The notes beneath the pieces were generated by a model. That model was not told the origin of the DNA. It saw nothing but the letters and a program-made list of their open reading frames with translations, and ran no database searches. Shown here one piece after another: positions 27,788 through 36,114 of a DNA stretch of 37,778 nt (the stretch's first letter is position 1; each line of letters starts with the position of its first letter). The stretch is from Treponema sp. (GTDB taxonomy: Bacteria; Spirochaetota; Spirochaetia; Treponematales; Treponemataceae). The stretch lies in assembly GCA_016282455.1 (NCBI GenBank), contig JAEEKM010000106.1, forward strand, positions 1 to 37,778, written 5' to 3'. Position numbers and translations under genes: made by a program.

Positions 27788-29758
27788 ATGGCAGACGAAA
27801 ACAATCAGTATTCAGCAAGTAGTATTCAGGTTCTTAAAGGACTTGAAGCAGTAAGAAAAAGACCAGGTATGTACATTGGTTCAACCGGACCAAACGGACT
27901 TCATCATCTTGTTTATGAGGTGGTTGATAACTCCATAGACGAAGCAATGGCCGGTTACTGCGATACTATTACTGTTGCCCTTGAAAAAGATGACATCTGC
28001 CGTGTAGAAGATAATGGTCGTGGTATTCCTGTAGACATGCATCCTACAGAACATGTTTCTGCCCTGGAACTTGTGCTTACCCGTCTTCATGCAGGCGGTA
28101 AGTTTGATAAGTCAAACTATAAAGTTTCCGGTGGTCTTCATGGTGTGGGTGTTTCCTGTGTGAACGCACTTTCTGTCTGGATGGAAGCATTTGTAAATCG
28201 TGAAGGAAAAAGATATCAGCAGAAATTTGCAGAAGGAAAACCAAAGACAAAAGTTGAATGCCTTGGTGATACAAATCTTCATGGAACAACAATCCGCTGG
28301 AAAGCAGACGGAAGTATTTTTACAGAAACTACTACTTATGATTTTGATGTCCTTGCCAACCGCTTAAGGGAACTTGCCTTTCTTAACCCTGGAATTACAA
28401 TCATTTTCCGTGACGAAAGACTTGAAACTCCAAAAGAAGTAATTTACCGTTACGAAGGCGGAATTAAACACTACGTAACTGTTCTTAATGAAAATAAAAA
28501 AGTAGTTCCTGAAGAACCAATTTATATTGCAGGCGCTTCAAATGATGTGATTATGGAAGTTGCCATGCAGTACAATCGTGACAGCTATTCAGAAAACATT
28601 CATTCTTATGTAAATGACATTAACACACACGAAGGCGGAACTCACCTTGACGGTTTTAAAATTGCACTTACGGTAGTTCTTAACAAACTTCTTGAAGCAG
28701 AAATTCCCAGTCGTGAAAAAATCCGCAAGAAGCTTTTGAATGTAACTCCCAAAGGACAGAACCCTGAAAAACTTACCGGTGATGATGTTCGCGCAGGTCT
28801 TACTGCAGTTCTTTCTGTAAAAGTTCCTGAACCTCAGTTTGAAGGTCAGACAAAAACTAAACTTGGAAACAGTGAAGTCCGCACTTATGTGGATACTCTT
28901 GTAAAAGAAAAACTTACCCAGTGGTGTGAACAGAATCCTCAGCTTGTAGACATGATTCTTGAAAAGGCTGTAAGTGAAGCAGTTGCCCGTATTGCAGCCC
29001 GTAAAGCCAAAGAAGCAAGCCGAAGAAAATCTGGACTGGACAGTTTTGGTCTTCCTGGAAAACTCGCTGACTGTACTTCAAAGCATCCTGAAGAATGTGA
29101 GGTATACATAGTCGAGGGTGACTCTGCAGGTGGTTCAGCAAAGCAGGGACGTGATCCAAAAATTCAGGCCATTCTTCCTCTTTGGGGTAAAATGCTTAAC
29201 GTAGAAAAATCCCATGCTGATAAAGTTATAAATAACGATAAACTTCAGCCGGTGATTGCATCCCTTGGAACAGGAATTGGAAAAGATTTTGACATTGAAA
29301 AACTCCGCTACCATAAAATCATTATCATGGCAGATGCTGACGTTGACGGAAGCCACATTTCCACTTTGCTTTTAACCTTCTTCTTCCGTTACATGCCCCA
29401 GCTTATTGAACACGGATACGTTTACATTGCAATGCCTCCTCTTTATCGTGTCAGTTACAAAAAGAAAGATTACTTTACTTTCACGGATGAAGAGCGCGAC
29501 AGTGTTATTGCAAAACTGCACGAAGAATATCCCGGTGACATAAAACTTGACGTTCAGCGTTACAAAGGTCTTGGTGAAATGGAATGGCAGGAACTTAAAG
29601 AAACAACAATGAGCCCTGCCAACCGCAAAATGAAGCAGGTTCATCTTACCGATGCCGCAGAAGCAGACAAAATCTTCAATATTCTCATGGGTGAGGAAGT
29701 AGAACCCCGCCGCAAGTTCATTGAAGAAAATGCCGCTTATGCAACACTGGATGTATAG
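27788..29758 (+). CDS. gyrB: DNA gyrase subunit B
   Basis: GLEAVRKRPGMYIG, EVVDNSIDE, SGGLHGVG, VEGDSAGG, DADVDG, RYKGLGEM. Confidence 0.98.
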   Translation: MADENNQYSASSIQVLKGLEAVRKRPGMYIGSTGPNGLHHLVYEVVDNSIDEAMAGYCDTITVALEKDDICRVEDNGRGIPVDMHPTEHVSALELVLTRLHAGGKFDKSNYKVSGGLHGVGVSCVNALSVWMEAFVNREGKRYQQKFAEGKPKTKVECLGDTNLHGTTIRWKADGSIFTETTTYDFDVLANRLRELAFLNPGITIIFRDERLETPKEVIYRYEGGIKHYVTVLNENKKVVPEEPIYIAGASNDVIMEVAMQYNRDSYSENIHSYVNDINTHEGGTHLDGFKIALTVVLNKLLEAEIPSREKIRKKLLNVTPKGQNPEKLTGDDVRAGLTAVLSVKVPEPQFEGQTKTKLGNSEVRTYVDTLVKEKLTQWCEQNPQLVDMILEKAVSEAVARIAARKAKEASRRKSGLDSFGLPGKLADCTSKHPEECEVYIVEGDSAGGSAKQGRDPKIQAILPLWGKMLNVEKSHADKVINNDKLQPVIASLGTGIGKDFDIEKLRYHKIIIMADADVDGSHISTLLLTFFFRYMPQLIEHGYVYIAMPPLYRVSYKKKDYFTFTDEERDSVIAKLHEEYPGDIKLDVQRYKGLGEMEWQELKETTMSPANRKMKQVHLTDAAEADKIFNILMGEEVEPRRKFIEENAAYATLDV

Positions 29759-29792
29759 TTTTTAACAGTTTATTCAAATATAAGGTTAACAT

Positions 29793-32261
29793 ATGGAAGA
29801 AATTAAAACCCCGGAAGGTGGAACGCTCATTCCCGTTGCCATCGAAACAGAGATGAAAAAGGCATACATTGACTACTCAATGTCTGTCATTGTAGCCCGT
29901 GCACTTCCTGATGTGCGTGATGGTCTTAAACCTGTTCATCGTCGTATTCTTTATGCCATGAACGAAGAAGGTCTTCACATGAACGGAAAAACCCGCAAGT
30001 GTGCCACTGTGGTGGGTGACGTTCTTGGTCGTTACCATCCTCACGGAGATGCTTCTGTTTATGATGCAATGGTTCGTCTGGGACAGCATTTTTCCATGCG
30101 CTACATGCCTGTTCAGAAACAGGGTAACTTTGGTGGAATTGACGGAAGTCCTGCTGCTGCCTACCGTTACACCGAGGCCAAGATGTCAAGCATCGCAGAA
30201 GAGATGGTTTCTGACATCAAAAAAGAAACAGTAGATTTTCTTCCAAACTTTGATGATACAAGACAGGAACCTGTTGTTCTTCCGGCAAAGTTTCCTTTCC
30301 TTTTGTGTAACGGATCAAACGGAATTGCCGTGGGTATGGCAACAAACATGCCTCCCCATAACCTTCGTGAAATTTCTTCAGCTATCAGTGCTTATATTGA
30401 CAATCCTGAAATTACAATTGATGAACTTTGCAATCATGTAAAGGGACCTGATTTTCCAACAGGCGGAATCATCTTTGGAAAAAAAGGAATTCGTGATGCC
30501 TATAAAACAGGTCGCGGTAAACTTATAGTTCGTGGCCGCTTTACAATAGAAGTTGATAAACACGGAAAAGAAAGCATAGTCTTTACAGAAGTTCCATACA
30601 TGGTCAGAACAGATGATCTCTGTAAAAGAATCGGTGAACTTGCCCGTGAAAAAGTAATTGACGGAATTGAACGTGTAAACGATTCTTCTGCCGGTGATGA
30701 TGTGCGTATTGTAATTGACCTTAAGCGCGGTGCCATGACAAAAGTTGTTGTGAACCAGCTTTTTGCAAAAACTGCACTTCAGTCAAGTTTTGGTGTCATT
30801 AACCTTGCACTTGTAAAAGGCCGACCGGAAATTCTTAACTTAAAGCAGCTGATTAAGTGTTTCGTTGACCATCGATTTGAAGTTATAACCCGCCGTACTC
30901 AGTTTGAACTTCGTGAAGCAAAAAAACGTGAACACATTCTTGAAGCTCTTATAACTGCAGTAGATAATATTGATGAAGTAATCAAAATTATCCGCGGCAG
31001 CCGTGATGAGGCAGAAGCAAAAGTTGGTTTGATGAGCCGCTTTGGTTTTGATGATCCTCAGGCTCAGGCAATTGTGGACATGCGTCTTGGTCGTCTTACA
31101 AACCTGCGTATTGATGAACTTCGCAAAGAGATGGAAGAAGTAAAAGCTCTCATTGCACATTTGGAAGATCTTCTTGCCCACAGTGAAAAGATTATGGCTC
31201 TGATTAAAACAGAGACAAATGAACTTTCTGAAAAATATGGTGACGACCGCAGAACAGATATTGTAGCCGGTGAAGTAGAAGAAATAAATGTAGAAGACCT
31301 TATCAAAGAAGAAGATATGGTCACCCTTATTTCAAAACTTGGCTATATCAAAAGAGTTCCAGTCAGCCTTTACAAGAGTCAGGGTAGGGGAGGCAAGGGA
31401 ACCATCAGTGCAAAACTGGTGGAAGAAGATTACATCAACCAGATGTTTGTTGCTTCTACCCATGATTACCTCATGTTCATTACCAACGAAGGTAAAGCTT
31501 ACTGGATTAAAGTTCATGAAATTCCCGAAGCGTCAAAGACAAGTCGTGGAAGTCATATAAAGAGTTTGCTGCAGGTAAGTGCCAATGAAGAGATTACGAC
31601 TATTGTCAGCATGAAGGAATTCAGTGAAGACCAGTTCCTCTTTATGGCAACTGCAAACGGAATTGTAAAGAAAACTCCGACAAGCGAATTCAGAAATGCA
31701 AAAGCACGCGGTATGCAGGCAGTTCGTCTTGATGATGGAGATAAACTTGTAAGTGCCATTCTTTCTTCCGGAAATGATGAACTTCTTCTTGTAAGTCGCC
31801 GTGGACAGGCACTTAGAATCAGTGAAGAAGAAGTTCGCCCAATGGGTCGTGCAAGCCGTGGTGTAAACGGAATGAAACTTTCTGGTGGTGATGAACTTTG
31901 TGCCGCAATTCATGTTGACGAAGAAGCAAAGATTTTAGTCATCACAGAAAAGGGAATCGGAAAGAGAGTTGACTTTGCAGAGTTCAATGCTCACGGTCGT
32001 GGAACCGGTGGACAGAGAGTCTTTGGAAATGTAGACGATAAGGGCGAAATTATTGGAGCGCTTACTGTAAAGGATGATGATTCTGTTATGTGCATTACAA
32101 GCCAGGGAACTTCAATCCGTGTAAGTGCTGCAGAAATTTCTAAACAGGGCCGTGCATCCAGTGGTGTAAAGGTGGTGGATATTACAAGCCCTGATTATGT
32201 TGTAGGAATTGACAGCATAGCATCTTCTGAAGAAGGTGAGGCTGTTTCACAAGAGTCTTAA
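29793..32261 (+). CDS. gyrA: DNA gyrase subunit A
   Basis: RALPDVRDGLKPVHRR, YHPHGD, AAYRYTE, and the GyrA-box QGRGGKG. Confidence 0.98.
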   Translation: MEEIKTPEGGTLIPVAIETEMKKAYIDYSMSVIVARALPDVRDGLKPVHRRILYAMNEEGLHMNGKTRKCATVVGDVLGRYHPHGDASVYDAMVRLGQHFSMRYMPVQKQGNFGGIDGSPAAAYRYTEAKMSSIAEEMVSDIKKETVDFLPNFDDTRQEPVVLPAKFPFLLCNGSNGIAVGMATNMPPHNLREISSAISAYIDNPEITIDELCNHVKGPDFPTGGIIFGKKGIRDAYKTGRGKLIVRGRFTIEVDKHGKESIVFTEVPYMVRTDDLCKRIGELAREKVIDGIERVNDSSAGDDVRIVIDLKRGAMTKVVVNQLFAKTALQSSFGVINLALVKGRPEILNLKQLIKCFVDHRFEVITRRTQFELREAKKREHILEALITAVDNIDEVIKIIRGSRDEAEAKVGLMSRFGFDDPQAQAIVDMRLGRLTNLRIDELRKEMEEVKALIAHLEDLLAHSEKIMALIKTETNELSEKYGDDRRTDIVAGEVEEINVEDLIKEEDMVTLISKLGYIKRVPVSLYKSQGRGGKGTISAKLVEEDYINQMFVASTHDYLMFITNEGKAYWIKVHEIPEASKTSRGSHIKSLLQVSANEEITTIVSMKEFSEDQFLFMATANGIVKKTPTSEFRNAKARGMQAVRLDDGDKLVSAILSSGNDELLLVSRRGQALRISEEEVRPMGRASRGVNGMKLSGGDELCAAIHVDEEAKILVITEKGIGKRVDFAEFNAHGRGTGGQRVFGNVDDKGEIIGALTVKDDDSVMCITSQGTSIRVSAAEISKQGRASSGVKVVDITSPDYVVGIDSIASSEEGEAVSQES

Positions 32262-32269
32262 GTCTTTAT

Positions 32270-32324
32270 AATACAAGAAGATAGCATAAATTTTACAAAA
32301 AATTTGTGTTTTTCTTGTATTTTT
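32270..32324 (+). terminator. Hairpin terminator after gyrA
   Basis: ATACAAGAA (32271-32279) / TTCTTGTAT (32312-32320) with an inner AGCATAAATTTT/AAAATTTGTGTT stem, then Ts. Confidence 0.55.
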
Positions 32325-32326
32325 CA

Positions 32327-32355
32327 TGGACAAAACACTAAATATAGTGTATATT
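32327..32355 (+). promoter_or_regulatory. Sigma70-like promoter TGGACA-17-TATATT with a spacer palindrome
   Basis: -35 at 32327-32332 and -10 at 32350-32355. ACACTA-N4-TAGTGT at 32335-32350. Confidence 0.6.
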
Positions 32356-32361
32356 GTTTTC

Positions 32362-32519
32362 ATTACAGCAGAGGATGTCATTTTTTTCCCAGAATGTAGT
32401 GAAAGGCATATCACTGCTATAAAGCGGTTCACCGAAAGGTTATCCTCCCGTTAACCGTGTGAATCAAACCCATCAGGTACCGGACAAGTTTTTTCCCAAG
32501 CTTGTCCGGATTTTTTTTT
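32362..32519 (+). ncRNA. Candidate ~155-nt structured small RNA of unassigned family
   Basis: Has its own promoter and terminator and no credible ORF. Multi-helix fold including ACC-GAAA-GGT. Confidence 0.55.
32480..32519 (+). terminator. Rho-independent terminator
   Basis: CCGGACAAG (32480-32488) / CTTGTCCGG (32501-32509), then T9. Confidence 0.85.
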
Positions 32520-32729
32520 GTCCACATTTAATTATTGCAGCTTTTAAGACATAAAAAGTTTTCCACAAGTTATCCACAGTTGCTTAAAAATTCGTAAATT
32601 CAGAGAATTCTCACAAACCCTTATTTTATAAGGCTTCCGGGGTTTTTCTGAATTTAACGAATTTTCAAATTTGAATTTTCCAAAAGTTTTCCACAGGTTA
32701 TGAATTTTTCTGTGAATAACTCTGGATAA
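32518..32729. promoter_or_regulatory. Second DnaA-box cluster
   Basis: TTGTCCACA 32518, TTTTCCACA 32559, TTATCCACA 32570, TTTTCCAAA 32676, TTTTCCACA 32687, TGTGAATAA 32711, TCTGGATAA 32721. Confidence 0.8.
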
Positions 32730-32745
32730 TGTTCCACGTGGAACA
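32730..32745. promoter_or_regulatory. parS: parS site 1
   Basis: TGTTCCACGTGGAACA, a perfect palindrome matching the chromosomal parS consensus. Confidence 0.9.
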
Positions 32746-33117
32746 ATTTTTAATGAATGTTTTCCTGCTATAAGAATTATTTTGATACAAAATTTATTAA
32801 AAAAAATATTTGACTCGTAAAAGAAGTAAAGATGAGCTTCTCGAAATGACTATTGATATTTAATTTTTCGGACAGCTCCTTTATTGATTATTATATGTCA
32901 CCTTGAATAATTATGTCTTGGTTCAAGTTTATTTTTGTTCTAAATATTCTGATTGGCTTGGTGCTGCATTTTATTCAGGATCGCTTAATTCCATTTTATT
33001 TACCAGAGGTACTTTTCGAAAATTTAATCTTTGAATGCAATTATTATATTTTGAAATAGTGGTAAAAGAAATTGAGAACTAATTGATTATATCCTGCCAA
33101 GTGTTAAATAAAATGGT

Positions 33118-33133
33118 TGTTCCACGTGGAACA
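33118..33133. promoter_or_regulatory. parS: parS site 2
   Basis: TGTTCCACGTGGAACA. Confidence 0.9.
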
Positions 33134-33321
33134 TTTTTTTTACATAACTTGTTTTTGCTTTTATTTTATGACTCCAGCAGAACTTTTATTGCCAGGGATG
33201 TTTTATCGGTTTTAGTGAATCTTTTTTTTCCTTTTATTTTTGACTATATGAATTGCACTTATTTTGTTAATTGAATAAGTTTTGCAATGTAAAGTATTAT
33301 ACTAACAGGAGGGTTTATATT

Positions 33322-33337
33322 TGTTCCACGTGGAACA
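33322..33337. promoter_or_regulatory. parS: parS site 3
   Basis: TGTTCCACGTGGAACA. Confidence 0.9.
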
Positions 33338-33439
33338 TTTTTTTTGGCTTTTATTTTTGACTAAATGAACTGCATTTATTTTGTTCATTAAATATGTTTT
33401 GCAAGGCAAAGTTTTGTACTGATTGATGGAACTATTATT

Positions 33440-33455
33440 TGTTCCACGTGGAACA
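33440..33455. promoter_or_regulatory. parS: parS site 4
   Basis: TGTTCCACGTGGAACA. Confidence 0.9.
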
Positions 33456-33803
33456 ATTGTTTATGAGTATTATCCCAGATTTTGAATTATTGGCTGCTGC
33501 AGATTGTTTACTATTAATTATTTGAACCGATAAGATTTAAAGATGCTTTCAGATGGGGTAGGGCAGATTATTTTCTCTGATATGAACAGAGTTTGTCGAA
33601 TTGTAATTGTGGTATGGGGTAAACTTATTGATTCTTTAAGTGAGCTTGTCTAAAAAGGATAAATTGTGTTGTTTGCACTTCGTCAGGAGCTGTAATCGAC
33701 CCTTGTGCGAAACTGCGGAACTTTGATCTCCGGTTACTGTGTACATTGTCATTTTGAGAGCCTCAATGATCATGAGCAGTAAACTTAATGGTGTAAAACT
33801 AAA

Positions 33804-33819
33804 TGTTCCACGTGGAACA
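33804..33819. promoter_or_regulatory. parS: parS site 5, within a 32-bp perfect palindrome (33796-33827)
   Basis: AAACTAAATGTTCCACGTGGAACATTTAGTTT. Confidence 0.9.
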
Positions 33820-33837
33820 TTTAGTTTATGGAATAAA

Positions 33838-35208
33838 TTACTGTAAATTTAAGCGCATAAGTTTTGAACCGCGCTCAGGTGTCCAGATAGATTTACGTTT
33901 TTTAGGCAGGGAAGAAATGTCACTGGAAGGAGAAAAACCTAGTTGCTGGAACCAGTCGCTGGTTTGGGTGGTCAAGATAAATACTGATTTTGCTCCATTC
34001 CGTTTTGCTTTTTCCACGAGGAACGAAACAAGTTTTGGCCCGATTCCAACATGAGAGTTTTCTTTATCAACAGCTACACCTGCAATTTCCATTTGCCCGT
34101 CACTGTAAGGAATGAGGGACGCACAGGCACGGATGGCACCATCGATTTCATAAACAATATAGTGCTGGAAGGTATCGGCCAAAGATTCCTGGGTTCTTGG
34201 TAAAAGAATACCTGCAGAAACAAATGGCTGCATTAAAGATAGAACTGCAGAAATATCATCCCTGGTCATTTCACGAATGCCGCCATAGTTATTCTGGTAA
34301 ATCATAGTTCCAGAACCAAGGTCAGAGAATATTTCGCAGGGAAGAGTTCCGTCAAGCGATCCGTTCAGAATATGAACACGAGTTACTCCAGAAGAACAGG
34401 CATTTCTGGCAAGTTTAAGCAGAGAACACAATTTTTCTTTAGAAACTACCGACTGTTTGATAGTATTTTCTGAATCTGTTCCACATGGAGCATTTTCTTC
34501 CAGAAAAGCATCAACTTCTTCAATGTTTAATGCCGGTACCGAACCGTTGGTAGATAAACCTACACTTTGTGGAATCGTAAACCGAACATTCGATATTTCA
34601 GCTCCAGGGAGAAGGTAGAATAATTTATCCGCCTGCAAATGAACGGCTATTTGTTGAGCAAGATGAATGGAAGAAATATTATAGGGCTTTCCTGCTGCAC
34701 TCCAACCAATGCAGGGAAAAATCGGAATAAAGCCAGAGTCCAAAACTGTTTTTATGGAATCTATTTCAAGTTTGTCAATTTCACCGCTGGTGGCATAGTC
34801 AAAACCCTCAATAACTCCTTTGCCCCTGGCACGAACCCAGTTACCAATAACTGCCCGTTCCTTTTCTCCGGCCAGAGCTGTCATCACCTGGTTTGAAACA
34901 TCAAAGGCTGCCATCTTTATCATGGGCATTGCATCTTCGGAAGTAATTCTGTCCCCATTGTGGTAATTCCACTTAATCTTTGCGGAAGAAAGAATTTCAT
35001 CAATCCTACGGCTGGCTCCCGGAACCATAATCACTCTGAGTCCGGCTTCATGAAGAAGATGAATGTCTTTAATGTGACTTAAAAATACCGGCGTGTCGAT
35101 CAGAGTCTCTTCGAGGTAGATAATGACCAGTGCGTTTTTGAACCGGCGCATGTATCTGATAACATCCCGGATGTGTCCTGCTTTTTCCTGAATAACTGTT
35201 TCCTGCAT
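33838..35208 (-). CDS. argA: Amino-acid N-acetyltransferase (N-acetylglutamate synthase; AAK + GNAT)
   Basis: Y...F....I, RIT, LQADKL, GVTRVHILNG..DGTL..EIFS..GSGTMI, GILLPR, LTTQTSDWF..GF, R.SK. Confidence 0.9.
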   Translation of the reverse strand: MQETVIQEKAGHIRDVIRYMRRFKNALVIIYLEETLIDTPVFLSHIKDIHLLHEAGLRVIMVPGASRRIDEILSSAKIKWNYHNGDRITSEDAMPMIKMAAFDVSNQVMTALAGEKERAVIGNWVRARGKGVIEGFDYATSGEIDKLEIDSIKTVLDSGFIPIFPCIGWSAAGKPYNISSIHLAQQIAVHLQADKLFYLLPGAEISNVRFTIPQSVGLSTNGSVPALNIEEVDAFLEENAPCGTDSENTIKQSVVSKEKLCSLLKLARNACSSGVTRVHILNGSLDGTLPCEIFSDLGSGTMIYQNNYGGIREMTRDDISAVLSLMQPFVSAGILLPRTQESLADTFQHYIVYEIDGAIRACASLIPYSDGQMEIAGVAVDKENSHVGIGPKLVSFLVEKAKRNGAKSVFILTTQTSDWFQQLGFSPSSDISSLPKKRKSIWTPERGSKLMRLNLQ

Positions 35209-35239
35209 GTTTCAAGTATTGCGCTTGAAAGAAAAAGTG

Positions 35240-35866
35240 TCAAGGCATGGAATAAATGCAGCCGCAGTAGTCCTGTCTGTAAAGACCATATTCTGCACTT
35301 ATATCTCTGCTGCGTAAAAAGCCGCCCTTTTTCTTAAAATCAGAAGGAAGATAATTAACGGGAAATATCCCGTCAAGTGTATAGCCTATATCATTTATCT
35401 TTTGAGCATCTTTATGAGGACTGATGGAAAGAGTTGTAGCAAAAAAATCAAAACCATTTTCACTTGCATACTGAGCTGCTTTTTTCATACGGAGTTCATA
35501 GCATCTGCGGCAGCGTTCACCTTTTTCTGCTTCATGTGCAAGTTCAGGTTCATTTTTTGTATTCACGGCATCAAAAAATTCAGAAGTAATATAAGGGGCT
35601 TCAATTAGTTCTATGTCTTTGGCAAGAGGATAACGGAAAAGAAATTTTTTCAGTTCGTCGAGTCGTCTTTCGTATTCTTCCTTGGGGTGAATGTTAGGAT
35701 TATAATAATAGATGGTAATTTTAAAATGCTGGCTCAGTCGTTCAAGAACATGAGAGGAACAGGGAGCACAGCAGGCATGCAAAAGAAGTTTGGGTTTTAA
35801 ATTTTGTTCAGAAAGAGATGCAATAATATTTTCCATCTGCAGATTGTAGTCTTGTTTTTGTGCCAT
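35240..35866 (-). CDS. queH: Epoxyqueuosine reductase QueH
   Basis: LLHACCAPCS, YNPNIHP, RCRRCY..R, TTLSISPHK, YRQDYCGC. Confidence 0.93.
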   Translation of the reverse strand: MAQKQDYNLQMENIIASLSEQNLKPKLLLHACCAPCSSHVLERLSQHFKITIYYYNPNIHPKEEYERRLDELKKFLFRYPLAKDIELIEAPYITSEFFDAVNTKNEPELAHEAEKGERCRRCYELRMKKAAQYASENGFDFFATTLSISPHKDAQKINDIGYTLDGIFPVNYLPSDFKKKGGFLRSRDISAEYGLYRQDYCGCIYSMP

Positions 35867-35886
35867 GAAGAAATAATATCACAAAG

Positions 35887-35923
35887 AAAAAAAATGTGCC
35901 ACCTGAAAAACTTCCAGATGGCA
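35887..35923 (-). terminator. Intrinsic terminator upstream of queH
   Basis: Minus-strand TGCCATCTGGAA-GTT-TTTCAGGTGGCA, a 12-bp stem with 2 G-U pairs, then T8. Confidence 0.7.
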
Positions 35924-36114
35924 GCGCGCGTGACTTGTATGTGTGGTACAAGTGAATTTCCAAAAAGATCTGGATTTTATCACGCAATTATATGTTAAGG
36001 CATAAATAGTAAGATGAGAATAATCCTGCACTTATAGTTCAAAAAAAATCTTAAAGAGAAAGACCAGGTTTTTATCTGTTCCAAGAAAAAGAAAAAAGTG
36101 ATAGAATGACTTTT

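Larger units (their letters stand above)
33231..33455. repeat. Diverged tandem duplication of a ~118-bp unit, each copy ending in parS
   Basis: 33231-33337 and 33348-33455 share CTTTTATTTTTGACTA.ATGAA.TGCA.TTATTTTGTT.ATT.AATA.GTTTTGCAA...AAAGT. Confidence 0.75.

Noticed and set aside
32368-32445. Lysine or c-di-AMP riboswitch (AGAGG...GAAAGG...CCGAA)
   Set aside because: The remaining conserved blocks are missing, and there is no downstream gene to regulate.
32472-32490. SRP RNA (TCAGGT.CCGGA resemblance)
   Set aside because: Lacks GGAAGGAAGCAG, and the segment is the 5' arm of a terminator.
32730-33827. CRISPR or phage-type array of 16-bp repeats
   Set aside because: The repeat is the parS consensus, and spacing is irregular (118-388 bp).
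33083-34054. Small ORFs 33083-33274 and 33803-34054
   Set aside because: VPRGT/MFHVEH are translations of parS. The composition is non-coding or antisense to argA.
36027-36041. ARG box upstream of arginase (TGCACTTATAGTTCA)
   Set aside because: Wrong half-site spacing and a weak match in AT-rich DNA.
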